A DNA stretch of 64,000 nucleotides from Utricularia gibba (taxonomy: Eukaryota; Plantae; Magnoliophyta), in assembly GCA_002189035.1 (NCBI GenBank), contig NEEC01000014.1:1550001-1614000 (forward strand), read 5' to 3'. A model generated the notes under the pieces. That model was given only the letters and a program-made list of their open reading frames with translations. It had not been told where the DNA came from and made no database searches. Below are positions 23,020-35,625 of this stretch, one piece after another. Numbering within the stretch: the stretch's first letter is position 1; each line of letters opens with the position of its first letter. The translations under genes were made by a program, and so were the position numbers.

Positions 23020-23952
23020 ATGAAAGGGAGAGATCAGGGGAAGGTGCCGCCGGCAGCGGATATGGTGGTGTGTTTTCCGTCGAGGGGGCATTTGAGCTTG
23101 TTGCCAAAGCCGATTTGCAGTCCGGTGAGACCACCGGAGCTCGGACGCCACCGCCGCCGCAACTCACATCACATGAGGAGCTCCAGTATCAGGGCTGCTC
23201 CTGCTGCTGCTGCTGCTGCCAGTGGTGGTGGTGGTTATGCGGGGAGTCCTAATTTGTGGCCCAAAGACAAGAATTTGGACATATCGGAGCCGTCGTCGCC
23301 TAAAGTGACCTGTGTCGGCCAAATCAAAGTCCGGCCACGGCGGAGCTCCTGCCCGAATTGGCGATCTGTGATGGAGGAGTTCGAGAGAATACAGAGCAAC
23401 AGGAAACAGAGGAGATCTACGTGGAGCGAGGCTCTCAGATTCGTCACGTGCCTCCGCAGCCTCCGCCTCGATTTCCGATGCTTCGGCGGCGTTCAGGAGG
23501 CGGAGGTAACTTCCGAGGAAGATGAAGTAGACGATGACGGCGGAAGCGATCAAATCACGGCTGAATCGAGAAAGGTTTACTCTTCCAATTGGTACATGAT
23601 CGTCAAAGAAGAAAAAGAAGACGATGAAGCCGATGGTTACAATTTCCACAAAAGCAGTGAAACTCCGGAAACCGAAGATATGCCCGTGGCGGCCCCTCCT
23701 CCAAACGCCCTCTTACTCATGCGTTGCCGGTCTGCCCCGGCGAAAACCTGGCAAGAAGAAGAAGAAGAAGAAGAAGAAGGCACAAAACACAAAGAGATGC
23801 CCAAGAAAGGAGGTGAAAGTAAAAAGGGTGTTGTTATAATGAGGTGTGAAGAAAGCTTCTCAAAATTATCAGCAGATGTCGTGGAGGAGACATGGCTGGT
23901 CGGAGGAATCAGAGATATCATGATTCCTAGAAGCAGAAGTTGCAGAAGATGA
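23020..23952 (+). CDS. Uncharacterized plant protein, At1g78110/At1g22230-like, intronless, 310 aa
   Basis: VCFPSRGHLSLLPKPICSP, EPSSPKVTCVGQIKVR, NWRSVMEEFERI, PPPNALLLMRCRSAP, C-terminal ETWLVGG..D...RSRSCRR. These are recalled conserved blocks of this family. ATG at 23020 chosen by homology. Confidence 0.8.
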   Translation: MKGRDQGKVPPAADMVVCFPSRGHLSLLPKPICSPVRPPELGRHRRRNSHHMRSSSIRAAPAAAAAASGGGGYAGSPNLWPKDKNLDISEPSSPKVTCVGQIKVRPRRSSCPNWRSVMEEFERIQSNRKQRRSTWSEALRFVTCLRSLRLDFRCFGGVQEAEVTSEEDEVDDDGGSDQITAESRKVYSSNWYMIVKEEKEDDEADGYNFHKSSETPETEDMPVAAPPPNALLLMRCRSAPAKTWQEEEEEEEEGTKHKEMPKKGGESKKGVVIMRCEESFSKLSADVVEETWLVGGIRDIMIPRSRSCRR

Positions 23953-24996
23953 TGATCATCAAATAAAGCCAAAGATTGCATCTTTACTACCCGCATTACA
24001 TTCAAAGACTGATGGGTTTTCTAGGTTTGCATTAAACTTGACAAATTGATTGGTTTCTTTTATGTGTGTTTCATTTGAAGTTATGGGTTTCACTCAGAAC
24101 ATGAGAGGAAAAGGTTGTTTCCCTCTGATTGTGTTGTGATCTTAATCTTGGCCGTTTTAAGTCACTGAAAACATGTCCCCTTTAGATTCTCCGAGGGGGC
24201 AGTTTCTGACTGCTGCTGCTGCTGTGTTTGCACGGGAGAATGCATTCATAAATCCAGTGATTCACAAGTGCATCATCATGGGACCGCAGGAATTTTCAAA
24301 CGGATACCCTGCGCCTTTTGAAAAAGATACAAAGCGACGGAACTTATTTCAACACAAGAAAAAAGTAGAAGCAACACATGTGTCAGTGAATTGCTTTTTT
24401 ATGGGCGATCATGGAACCAGAATAAAGTGGTCGTCCGAAAGCAAGGGGAATGATGGATACATGACAAGCGAGCAAACAACCCGAGACAATAAAGTAAACA
24501 TTCTTCATCTTCTCCAATCTGTAGACACACTCAGTAGCTTTCTCTCCACTTGGTGCCATGTATTTGTCATGATCTGATCCTATCAGGTTCAAAAGTTTCC
24601 AGCACTGTCGCAGATCTTATTATTTCTCGATTGTAGATGATCGATATGCAGGAGAAAAGGAAAGGCGCCAGTGCCTCTCGCATGGGGCTGGGCCACCCGC
24701 TCCGCTTATATCAAAATTGTTGAAATTCAAGATTAGATGAATCAAGAGATTATATACATGAAACTCAAATACATAAGAAATATGGATAACATCGAAAAAT
24801 ATTAAGTTCAATTGATTAGTTATAATCTATAATTTTTTATATAATTATTTATTCCACTGTTATTTTTCGATGTGAAATTATATATACTAACAAGCATCAC
24901 ACCATTATCAGACATCATCATACTCGCACTTACAGTGAGACATTTTTCATCTCCTACTTGGAATGTCGGTTGTAGTTTTTTTTGATAGATCCAAAC

Positions 24997-25230
24997 CTGT
25001 GTTTTCAAACCGGCAATTGAAATCGATTAACCGGCTTTTAGCAAGTTACTGTGTTAACCCAACAAGGGATTTTTGATTTTGTGAGATATAGTAGCTAAAT
25101 AACCATTATTATTACGGACCACTTTTGTTTATAATTATCATCCCATCGATCAAAAATGGATTTGACCGGTCAAAATGAACCGAACTGGTCCTATACCGAT
25201 TTGGTTTGTAATACCGGTTTGAAAACATAG
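24997..25230. mobile_element. hAT-type MITE, 234 bp
   Basis: 17-bp TIRs CTGTGTTTTCAAACCGG and CCGGTTTGAAAACATAG (1 mismatch). Degenerate 8-bp TSD ATCCAAAC / ATCTAAAG (6/8). Subterminal AACCG/ACCGG repeats. Confidence 0.78.
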
Positions 25231-26864
25231 ATCTAAAGTACTAAAAATTCAATTGATATTATGTTTTAATTTATGAGATATTAAATTAATTTATAAATAA
25301 AGAAGTGATTTGAAAAAATTAGTATATTTTGTAAATAATTTTATTTAATAAAGTATTATTTATCATATTTATTATCTGATTAAATTATATATAATATTAT
25401 TAAAATATTCATAATAAATAGTCAGATACAAGTAATTATAGTCATATCAAGATGGGGTTTGTATTTTAATAGAATAAAAATTTATTTAAATATTTAATTC
25501 ATATTATTAATATGTATTATTTTAATACAATTTTATATCATATCAAATGTTATTGAGAAAAATGACGCGGTGGCAGGCGTGATGGGCCGCGTCGTCCGGC
25601 TGTATGTTCTCCGGTGCAAGACCCATAACCATGATGGGCTCATTGTCTCCGAGTCATGGAGGATTTGCGAGCCATCCCGTTCACCCCAAAGGTGAAAGTG
25701 TCCACTGCGGGTCGCAATGCTAGAATTAACATGAACCTTATTTATGTCGAAATTAAAGATTTGATGAATTATACAAATCAAAGTACATAAAAAAGCATGG
25801 ATTATATTAAAAAAATTAGATTAAATAATTTACTAATAATTTATAATTTTTATATATATTTAATTATTTCACTTTCAAATTCATTATTCTAATAATTTCT
25901 TCATGAGCTAATTTTTATGGGATGACAAGAAATAGGAAACCGACATAAGATGTTGATAGTGTTAAGACATTATGAAACATGTTGGAGACTATGAAGTTAT
26001 GCTCCAAGAGAAAGGCCAATTCCGGGCAACTGATTCTCGTCCTTTGTGTGGTCAAGACTCGTTCAAAGGTCTCCATATCTCGTTATCTATGCTTCACTGT
26101 TTCTAACAGAGCGGTTTTTCAGACATCAGAGCAGCCATCTTTGAATCAACTCGCCCAGCAGCCTCTGCATGAAAGGAAATCGTGACGGCGCAGTGCGATC
26201 ATTGAATAAATCAGAGTTCAGACACATGCATGCCCTGCGGCGGCCGGTGTGCTGGTCCATGAAAGCATGTCCGGTTACCGAAATGCCGGCCACCTTGGAA
26301 TTAGGTCAACTATGCAATCAAATCAATGTGAAAAATGAAAGGGTTTTTCTCTGCATTCTCAGGTTGTGTGGACGAGAGTGATTAAATTACATTACTTGTG
26401 ATTTGAGAGGTATCGTTTTCTTGCTTTCACACAGGAACATCCCATCGACCAACCCCTCTTTCACGCCGCCCGCGTCGTTGTTCGGTTTGACCCGGCGCCA
26501 TCTACCGCCACCGTCCACCGCCGTGAGCTTTTTCTTTTTGGAAGAGCTCTGCCCGGGGGCATCATTATATGCAGAGAGGAAGAACCTGGTGAAAAAAGCA
26601 GTTCCTGAATTAGGGCAACTTCTGCCATTAAAGGTTGAATGTGAATTATGAGTCACATTAGCATGTTTTAAAAAATATAGAAAATGATGGGGATTTTTGG
26701 TTCAATATTAGAAAAATAAATTGCAAAATAAACACAGGCTTTCTTTCTCTCTCACGACTGCTATTCTCTTCACCGTCTTTCTTTTCTTCTCTTCCCCTTT
26801 ACTGAAAACCCTAATTCTAGAAGCCGTTCTTTTGCTGGGAATTCGTGGGAAGCGTTTCAGTTTC

Positions 26865-27533
26865 ATGGAATCAGGGGCCAGTCAAAATGATCAGTGGTGG
26901 GTTGTCGGAGGGACGGGAAAGCAAGAGTGTTCGAAGATAGAATCTTCTTCTACGTCTTGTTTTTTCAATCAAAACCCTAATTTTCGACCACATGTGGAGC
27001 TCCGAGATCAAGATCATCTTCATCATCCTGCCTGGCAGAGCATCGCTGGGGCCTCTGCTCCAGGAACCATCAACCCTTATGCCGCCGCAGCAGATTCTTC
27101 TTCTTCGATCCCGACTCCGCAGCAGAAGAATCCGAGAAAGCGCAACCGGCCGTCGCGCCGGCCACCGACGACTGTCCTGATGGCCGACGTCACCAATTTC
27201 AGACAAATGGTTCAAGTATATACCGGGATCCCGGCACCTGCTCCATCGTCGCCGCCGCCGTATTCTCATAGCTTTGATCTGCTGGCGGCTGCGTTCCCAC
27301 CGCCGACCGACAACCTTTCGCTTCTTGTTTCGTCTCCTCGGCCGCCGACTCACATGGCGACAATGATAAGGGATGACCCCACAGCGCCCTCTTCTTTGAT
27401 TATGAACAGTATGCCAGACGATCTACTTCAACTTGGGCGTTTCAGCAGTGGGATTCGTTTTCCGGTGGCAGGATTTGATGGATTTTTTAACCAGAATTCA
27501 TTCCCGTCTTGGGGTTCTCCTCCGTCGGACTGA
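26865..27533 (+). CDS. VQ motif-containing protein (RKRxRxSRR-PTTVL clade), intronless, 222 aa
   Basis: RKRNRPSRRPPTTVLMADVTNFRQMVQVYTGIP matches FxxMVQxhTG. Ser/Pro-rich flanks. First in-frame ATG at 26865. Confidence 0.88.
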   Translation: MESGASQNDQWWVVGGTGKQECSKIESSSTSCFFNQNPNFRPHVELRDQDHLHHPAWQSIAGASAPGTINPYAAAADSSSSIPTPQQKNPRKRNRPSRRPPTTVLMADVTNFRQMVQVYTGIPAPAPSSPPPYSHSFDLLAAAFPPPTDNLSLLVSSPRPPTHMATMIRDDPTAPSSLIMNSMPDDLLQLGRFSSGIRFPVAGFDGFFNQNSFPSWGSPPSD

Positions 27534-28124
27534 TTCGCACAATTTTGGTGTTTGTAAGCAACTCGTTTTATGTTCATCCGTTTTATTAGTTCCTGATAGA
27601 CCTTAGGATGCTCGAGAGTTTCTTTCTTTTCAGTAACCATGATATTTTGTTATATATACATATATAATATCAAATATTACTTTTTTTTTTTACAAATTTC
27701 TTATTTTACATAAATATCTTATAAAATAAATCGAGTGGGGCCAATCTGGTGTAGGCCCCATTTCCCTTCCGTTACCAAACCTGGAGGGGCTGAGCCGTAT
27801 CGCCGGCGTCCAATTTCACCTCCGGCCTCCCGGCAGCAAAATCCTTTTCGCGGTCCAAGTTTTCCATGGATGACGTCCTCTCTATTCCTCATTAGTTTTT
27901 TCTCTAGGAACGGTGTTTTTTCCCTGATAAACGCTGTGTGTGCCAAGGAGCGCATACTCTGAAGTGAAAGTGATGATTCATTATTTCAGCAAACTCACTC
28001 GGGCCATGCTCCCTCCGCAAGAAGGATCACATGGCTTATTCCATCACAGAAAGTAAGGTTCAGCAAACATGGGGTTTAAAACCACAGCCGGGTGCGAAAC
28101 AGGAAGGGCTGCAGAGGCATTGGG

Positions 28125-29704
28125 TTAAGCTTCTTCATAGCCAAGAAGGGTTAGCAGCATTTTCTCATAGTCGCCATGGGTGTCCTTGGCAATAGCACGT
28201 TCGAGTGGCACACTATTCCTTTTCAGATACTCATCTTTAATGATCTTCAAGTCAACCTCTGCTCGAGTGGAGATGACTCTGGTAACAGCCCCCTCATCTG
28301 TTCCTTGCTTGTTGATTGCAAGGCGAAGAACTTTCTCAAAGTACTCTTCTGGACGAACCAGACACTCGATTGTGGCTCGCAGTATGGACAAGAACTCGTC
28401 ATTAGGATCAGCTTCCAGATCCTGATAATGAAGCATCAAGTTCATTGCCATCATCGAAGACTGCTTCAGGGAAATATATGGTTAGTTAGTTACCTTGATC
28501 AGGTCATGTCCAAACTCGTTTATGTATTGGTTCAAAGTCGCGTTGATTTGTGGTTTGCTCCTTGTGGACAAAACTCTGATGACATCATCGCAGGCATATT
28601 CCTTTTCAGTGATTTTGCCATGGAGCAGTTTAGCCTCTGACTTGGCAAGCGTGAGGTTCACCTCATCTCCTCCATATCTGTATGAACTCACCAGGGGCAC
28701 CAACAGCTGAAGAGAAACAAAGTTATATATATGTATCAGAGCTAAATGAACTAAGATTACTAGGATTCCTCGATCGTGAGTCGGAGCTTTCACCTTACGG
28801 AAGTCTCCATGGGTGTGATAGGCAACATCCTCCTCAAGGGACCTCTTGAATCGAGCATGGTACGCTTCCCTAACAAGAAGTAGCTCTTTAGGAGACCTGG
28901 TACAAGATATCTCAACGAGAACTTGATTACTTGATGTCCATTTCTGAGTAGACTCATGAGCCAAAAATGCATCGCGCTCAGCAGTATCAAGAGTCCACAG
29001 CAGCACAAGCCTCTGAATATCTCAACAACAATACATTAATGAAGGATCCAACAAGCATTATTCGCAACCACGTATCTCATTCTTAACCTTCAAAAGCCAG
29101 GCAATAAAAGATGCATATGGTACCTCAAAGTCACGGGTAAGCTCCTTGTCCAGCGCTTTGAGCAAATCTTCCCCGTAAGTCTCTGCATAAGCATGCCTAA
29201 TAAGCTTTCGCTGTGCGGAGTTCCGGTGTCCCAAAATCGTGATGATCAAATCCTCATTCGTACCCCATCCTGAAAACACACTTCCACAAGCTAATCACAT
29301 AAGGCGATAAATGAATAATAAATCAAATGGCGTAAAAAAACCAAACAGGAACGACTATCCTCAAAAACTGTAAACGTGTCTCATGTTTGTAACCGAATCT
29401 ATCAAAAAAACGTCTCACAAACGCCGAAACGATCGATCATTCAAAAATAAAAATTCATCAGATCCGTCAAAATCACATCATCCACCAACATCAACGTTCA
29501 AGATCCTTCAGATCTCAACATCCATGCCAAGATCAACAGAAACAGAGATAGCTCTCAAAACAAAAAAAAAAATGAGAGAGACAGAGAGAGAGAAGGACTA
29601 TAGTGTTGCAGATTGGGTAGAATCTTGCCTGAAAACGCTTTGTGGAGCTGCTCGCAGTCGTCGCCGACGGGGGGAACTTGAGCGGGAACGGATAGTGTGG
29701 ACAT
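28125..29704 (-). CDS. ANN: Annexin (ANN1/ANN2, D-type), 316 aa, 5 exons
   Basis: Exons 29704-29629, 29269-29124, 29012-28794, 28706-28494 and 28421-28125 (76+146+219+213+297 = 951 nt). Motifs [57 protein letters not shown]. Intron 1 has a GC donor. Confidence 0.95.
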
Positions 29705-30742
29705 CGCTGATCGGTGAAAGGACGATTGTCGTGTGAAAGAGAGAGCTCTGAAATGATTGCGATGGGATGGACCTTTCGTGTATTTAAAACATGGAAAGAA
29801 AATTTCTGTGTTTTTTTTTCCAAAATTTCATAAATCGAATTATCTCCAATATAAAATAACTTTATATATAAAAATCTTGAATATAAATTATTAATTTAAT
29901 TAATCATATTACCAAGCACCACAACTATATAATTTTTTAATACTAGGTACCACCGAACATCCACCATCCCTAATTAGCTAGGGCCTAGGCCTTCTGTACT
30001 GACTCGGGTTCGGGTCCCATTTCCGACCCGGGCATACGGGTCCCGTCGCCCTTCTAATGTTTGCCGCGTAATCCAATAATGTTGTGTCCAGAATGTTCGT
30101 TTGGATATAGAAATTTATTAAAAAATTATAAATATTTTAAATGTTTATACATGGTCCAAGAAATTGACATTTGAACGGGGGCGTTTTAAAAATTGATTGA
30201 ATCCAATTGAGTTTTAATAAATTTTAATTATATTTTAAAAAATACAAAAAATATTACTTAAATAAATTAAATTCATTTTTCATGTTAATCATTAGTTTAC
30301 GGGGTGAACCGCATCCAGTTGAACGCCGGTTACCGTTACCGGTTCAAAAACCGGGTGTTGCATTGCTCCAGCTTGAGAGGGTAGAGCGAGCAACCCACCA
30401 GGATTCCGCCAACTCCTATGGTGAGATAAATGCTTGTTGAATTCGGCTACTTAATCCGGAAGGAAACTGAAAGTTTCTTCTTCCTCTCTCAATGCGCGAT
30501 GGAGGTAACTCCCATCCCAACTTGAAACGATTAAGAATGCGTTGCCTATTTGGTGTTTTAAGAGAGGTGGTATGCGTCGGAGTTTGGCGGTTTTTTTTTT
30601 TTTTTTTTGAGAGCTCGATCAATGAAAGGATTAATTCATGTTGATGTGTTTTGGCTCAGGAAGGTTTTCTTTATGGATTTAAATGGTCATTTAGTTGCTG
30701 TTACTCATCGTTGTTTCTTCCTACTCGTTGGATAGAACTGCA

Positions 30743-32844
30743 ATGCTCGTTCTGCCCATGGCTCGAAAGTTGCAAACATTATGCGTGATTCTTGGGTTCG
30801 TGATTCTATCCCCTTGCCAGGGTGACATTCGTAGCTGGGGTAATTTGACATTGATTGAGAGTGCGGTTGGGAAAGGAGCTGGTAAGTTTGCTATTTTTGT
30901 ACGGGACTTGTAATTAGTTGGTTATATTGGATTGTCGGATTGTAATTGAGAAGTGTTGTTGTTATAGTTTGCTTAGATGGAAGTGCACCTGGGTACTATT
31001 ACTCTGAAGGAATTGGAAGTGGAGTAAATAACTGGATTATTATGCTTGAGGTTTTGAAATTTCTTTATGCTCTTCTTTTTTCATTGAGTTTTGATCACCG
31101 TAGCGTGAAGCATGTTGTATTCAAAGCCTGGTGGCTGGTGTGCTTCGGATGCGGGATGCATATTTTGGAGAGATCGGAATCCTGGGAGCACTAAGCAAAG
31201 GGATGAAATTATATACTTTGGTTTGATAATTAGTGAAGATGAAACCGTCAATCCTGGTAAACCAACTAAAATGAGTTGTGGGAGAAGTAATCACAGACGA
31301 AGGTAAATGATTCTTGATGTTTATGAGATGCAGATTTCTATGAGTGGAATAGAGTTCGTGTCATTTACTGTGATGGCTCTTCGTTTCTGGGAGATGTGGA
31401 TCCAATCGATCTGGTAAGTCTCTTGCTTGACTGCTATCATGATATAACCATGGAAATATATACTCAAAGAACACAAACCTTGAATGCTGTGATCTGTCGT
31501 GGATGCAGTACAGTTGATGAAATTTTTAGTCATGCTTCATTGCAGAAAACAAATCTTTCAATTCGGGGGTCCAGGATTTTCGATGCGGTGATAGACGATT
31601 TACTAACCAGAGGGATGAAAGATGCTTCCAATGTATGCATCTGATCCCCATATTTATACACTAATATACATGTGTAACGTTTCCCATCTTTTGTTGCAGG
31701 TAATTCTCAGTGGCATGTCAGCAGGTGGCCTGGCAACCATTTTGCATTGTGATAGCTTTCGTGCACTTTTACCAAATGCTGAAAGAGTGAAATGTATTTC
31801 CGACTCTGGATTCTTTATCCATGGGTAAGCCGGTGATTGACACTACTTGAAAGCACTTGTCATGAACAAAATAAATACAAGGTCTCACCTTTTGTCACAG
31901 AAAGGAACTTCTCGGATCTAAGAATGTGGAAGGCTACTTCGCCTCCGTGGTTGCTTATCATGTCTGTGTTAGCTTCCATCATTTGTTACAAAAGATTTCA
32001 AAGTCTATGCTTAATGTCTGATCTGCTACAGAACATTACCAAGTTCTTACCAGAACCATGCACGTTCAAGGGGAACTCAAGTCTTGTGAGTTTATGAATA
32101 ACTTCTGTACTACAACTTTTCCAGTTGCCTATTGTGCTATGGCACTTAGAAAACCGGCTTAAACCAATCCAGTGTTTTTTCCCCGAGTACATTGTTGCAT
32201 ATTTGAAGACTCCCCTTTTCCTGATTGAATCCGAATTCGATCCATTCCAGGTACTTTCCTTGAATCTGGTAAAAACTAGACCGTACCATTTCATTCATTA
32301 ACTTCTGTGTTTCCTGGTCTCTTTCAGCTGATATTTAGGTACTCTGCGTACGATCCCAACTGGGCAATCTGCGCCAACAACATAAGTCTTTGCACTCACC
32401 ACCAGCTTCAACTCATGACAGGTAGCTTCTGCTCTCCTAGTTACATGTTTAATCAATTTGCACTGTCCACAAAACATTGAAACGCTTTTTACCTACCCGT
32501 CGCCCAGATTATCGTAATACAGTCATCGAGACGCTGCGAAAAGTTAGGAAACAGTCTCCATCCCTTGGAATGTTCGTTCACTCTTGCAGTCGCCATGGCC
32601 ATTTCTTTGACCAGGAAGGATGGCAGCAATCAACGAAGTTGGCACAGAAGGTATGCTGATCTTCTTTCTCTTGGTAGTTTTTCCTTTTCTTCTGTCACCC
32701 CTGCTGAGCTGAAATCCGAATATTCCGACGTTGCAGACAATTCAAGAAGCCGTAGGTGATTGGTATTTTGACAGAAGCCCTTTCAGACACATGGATACTA
32801 AGCATATGAAGCCGAGAAGATCCTGCAATTGTACTAAGCTCTAG
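30743..32844 (+). CDS. Pectin acetylesterase (PAE/Notum family)-like secreted esterase, divergent
   Basis: Signal-peptide-like N-terminus. Motifs [102 protein letters not shown]. Twelve exons join in frame with GT-AG. Stop TAG 32842-32844. An alternative ATG lies at 30758. Confidence 0.88.
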
Positions 32845-33000
32845 TTATCCAAATGGATCGGGTTCCGAATCCGAATAAATTTAGAGCATCCAAATTCAAT
32901 CGAAATTCGTGTTTAATTTGATATTTTTATTATTTAAAAGTTTCACAAAATAACATCAGTAATATAACAATAAAATTATTTGGGATGCTGGGTGCAAAAT

Positions 33001-33092
33001 TGGGCTCCTTGCACTACGCAGAAATGGGCACGCGGCCCAATTGTGGTGAATGGTGAGCCCATACAAATGCCCACCTTTGTCGACTATGGGCC
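33001..33092 (+). promoter_or_regulatory. Cluster of site II elements (TGGGCY) in the MAK16 promoter
   Basis: TGGGCT 33001, GGCCCA 33034, AGCCCA 33056 and TGGGCC 33087. Such clusters are typical of plant ribosome-biogenesis gene promoters. Confidence 0.6.
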
Positions 33093-33419
33093 AGAGCGCA
33101 GTCTTTCACTTCTCGTCTCGTTTCCTCGCGAATTTGTTCTGTTGTCGCCGCCGGCTGTTCCGCAGGTACTGGCCTTTTCCTTTTCATCTTCTTCTACGTT
33201 TTAGTAAATGAGTGTGGTGGACGAGCAAGTTCGTTGAGGTTTTTTTTTTTTTTTTTTTGTATGAAAGCCTCATGAGTCGGTGAAGAAACAGGATCAGGGG
33301 AAGAGCCTTATACGTGATAGGCTAAAATTGTTATTCGAACATCGTTGAGTTCCAGAATATTCGTAGGAAAGTGTCCTCAAAGTTGGATATTTGGAAATAT
33401 TTAGCTGCTGAGAGTAAAA

Positions 33420-35084
33420 ATGCAGCACGATGAAGTTATATGGCAGGTTATACGGCATAACCACTGCAGCTTTATGGCCAAGTAACTACTATCCCTTGTT
33501 ATTCATGTTCCTTTGATGCCAACAGCTTTTTTTTCTGGGTGTTTTATAATGTTCTTGTTGCAACTTATAGAATTGAGACTGGTAAATTCTGTCGGAATCC
33601 ATATAATTTGACCGGGATATGCAACCGAAGTTCATGTCCTCTTGCCAACAGTCGATATGCAACTATCCGTGACCATGAAGGTACTTCTGGAAACCGAGTT
33701 TTGTAGGATATCATGTGATATGAAGAATGTACATGGAATTCAAGAAATATTTTGGTTGTTTCTTACAGGTATATTTTATTTGTACATGAAGACTATAGAA
33801 AGGGCGCATATGCCTAACAAATTATGGGAAAGAGTTAAGTTACCGCGGAATTATGAGAAGGCCCTCGAGATCATCGACAAGCATCTGGTAATCAATTTCT
33901 ATTCTGTTTGTTCGTGTCAATGAAAGCGTATAACCTGAATGATATTTTTCTTATAACAAACCATGAAATGTTAAAAGGCGTACTGGCCGAAGTTACTAGT
34001 GCACAAGACAAAACAAAGATTGACAAAGATGACACAGATGAGGATTCGCATGCGAAAGCTTGCACTGAAAACAAGGTATGACTTTTGCTCGATATTAGAT
34101 CCTGCATTCTATTTCATGTGAATGTGATTGCATATTCTATTTCACTCGCAATGTATCCACTGTCGAACGTCTTATCCATGTTGGATAATAGTCAAAGTTT
34201 TATCTTCATTTGGATGAGGAGGATGCATTTGGCTTTTTGATTCATGCAGAGAGAAAATCATGGCTGTGCCAACTAAACAAAAGAAAAGGGAAGCCCGGAG
34301 AGAGGAGAAGGCTGAGAAAGCAGCGCTGCTGGAGAAAGTATTCTTTATTGTTAATTGCATGGACGTAGTGAATTTTTTTTTTGGGTGTACTTGCAAAATT
34401 TCAGTGGACTCCAAAATGTTGTTGTAGAGCATTGAAAAGGAGCTGCTTGAACGTCTTAAGCAAGGGGTTTATGGTGAGATTTATAATTACCCTGTTGAGA
34501 AGTACAATGAACTCCTTGATAAGGAGACTGGAAAACAAGCTCTAGAAGAAGAGGTAACGCTGTGCATCAAGGCCTTTTCTATTATTTTTGTTTTTTTAGT
34601 TTCAGTTTGAGATTTTGTTGTTCCTTATGCTGTTATTTTTTTCTGATATTGTGAAGGAACCTGAGGTAGAATATGTGGAAGGCTATGAGGATCTCGAAGA
34701 AGAGGACATTGAAGATTTTGGTGATATGTTCCTTGGAGACAACGATGATAATGGTAATCTTTTGTGGGTATATGACTGGTTTGCTCGTGTTGTCACAGAA
34801 TTCTACTGGGGAACGCACTCGTTTGTGATTTAATTTCGATAAACTCATCAATAGAGTTATATTTCTCAGATGAAAATGATGCAGTCGAGGAACAAAGTGT
34901 GGTATTCAGAAAGCGTGACAGGGCTGAAGGAAAACCGTCCTCCGGCTCCAAGAAAAAGAAACAAATTGTTGAGGTAGGTGACGTGGTCCATTTTTGGATA
35001 CAGGACTTTCGCACTACGGCTAATATTGCCCTATCTCAGGTCGAACGCGAGGATGCACCAAGGAGACAACTGGCTTCTAATTAA
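33420..35084 (+). CDS. MAK16: MAK16 60S ribosome biogenesis protein, 9 exons
   Basis: [94 protein letters not shown] and an acidic C-terminus. All junctions are GT-AG and in frame. Confidence 0.95.
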
Positions 35085-35625
35085 CAGAGTATGCTTCTAC
35101 ACAACTGGCATACAGGAGAGTTCAAATGAGATATATCCAAATATGTCTGGAGTGAACTCTTATCTAGTTTTTGCCTCGGAATCAGTTTTGTTGTCTTGAA
35201 ATATGGAGCATGTTTTGAACATTTTAGTGAGAGCAGAAGATTGCCATTGGATTTATGCATTGGTTCGTTGTGCAGATAACAAATCCGTTCATGCTATAAT
35301 TTTATCTGGTTGTAAGTTCACCGATTTTGGGAATTCTTGTCAGACTTCGAATTCAAATATGAAATTCTTGGGCTGCTTTGAAATCTTGTGTTCTTTCATT
35401 ATCATAAAAAATAAATCAAACTATGTTACTTTTGTGTTATATAAAACCTGGTTTTTGACAAAGATTGCGTATTGGAATTTTTCGATGAATTTTCAGTTAC
35501 AAAGTTTACTGGATGTTGTGTAAGCCACAAGCACATAATGGTAACTTTTTCGTGAATATTTAATCTCCCATTGCCATGGAGCAGAGGGTTCACAGTCCCA
35601 GAAGAACTTAAAGGTGATTTGTTAT

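Noticed and set aside
24173-24577. 134-aa ATG ORF downstream of the At1g78110-like gene
   Set aside because: No recognisable motif or splice structure; length is attainable by chance.
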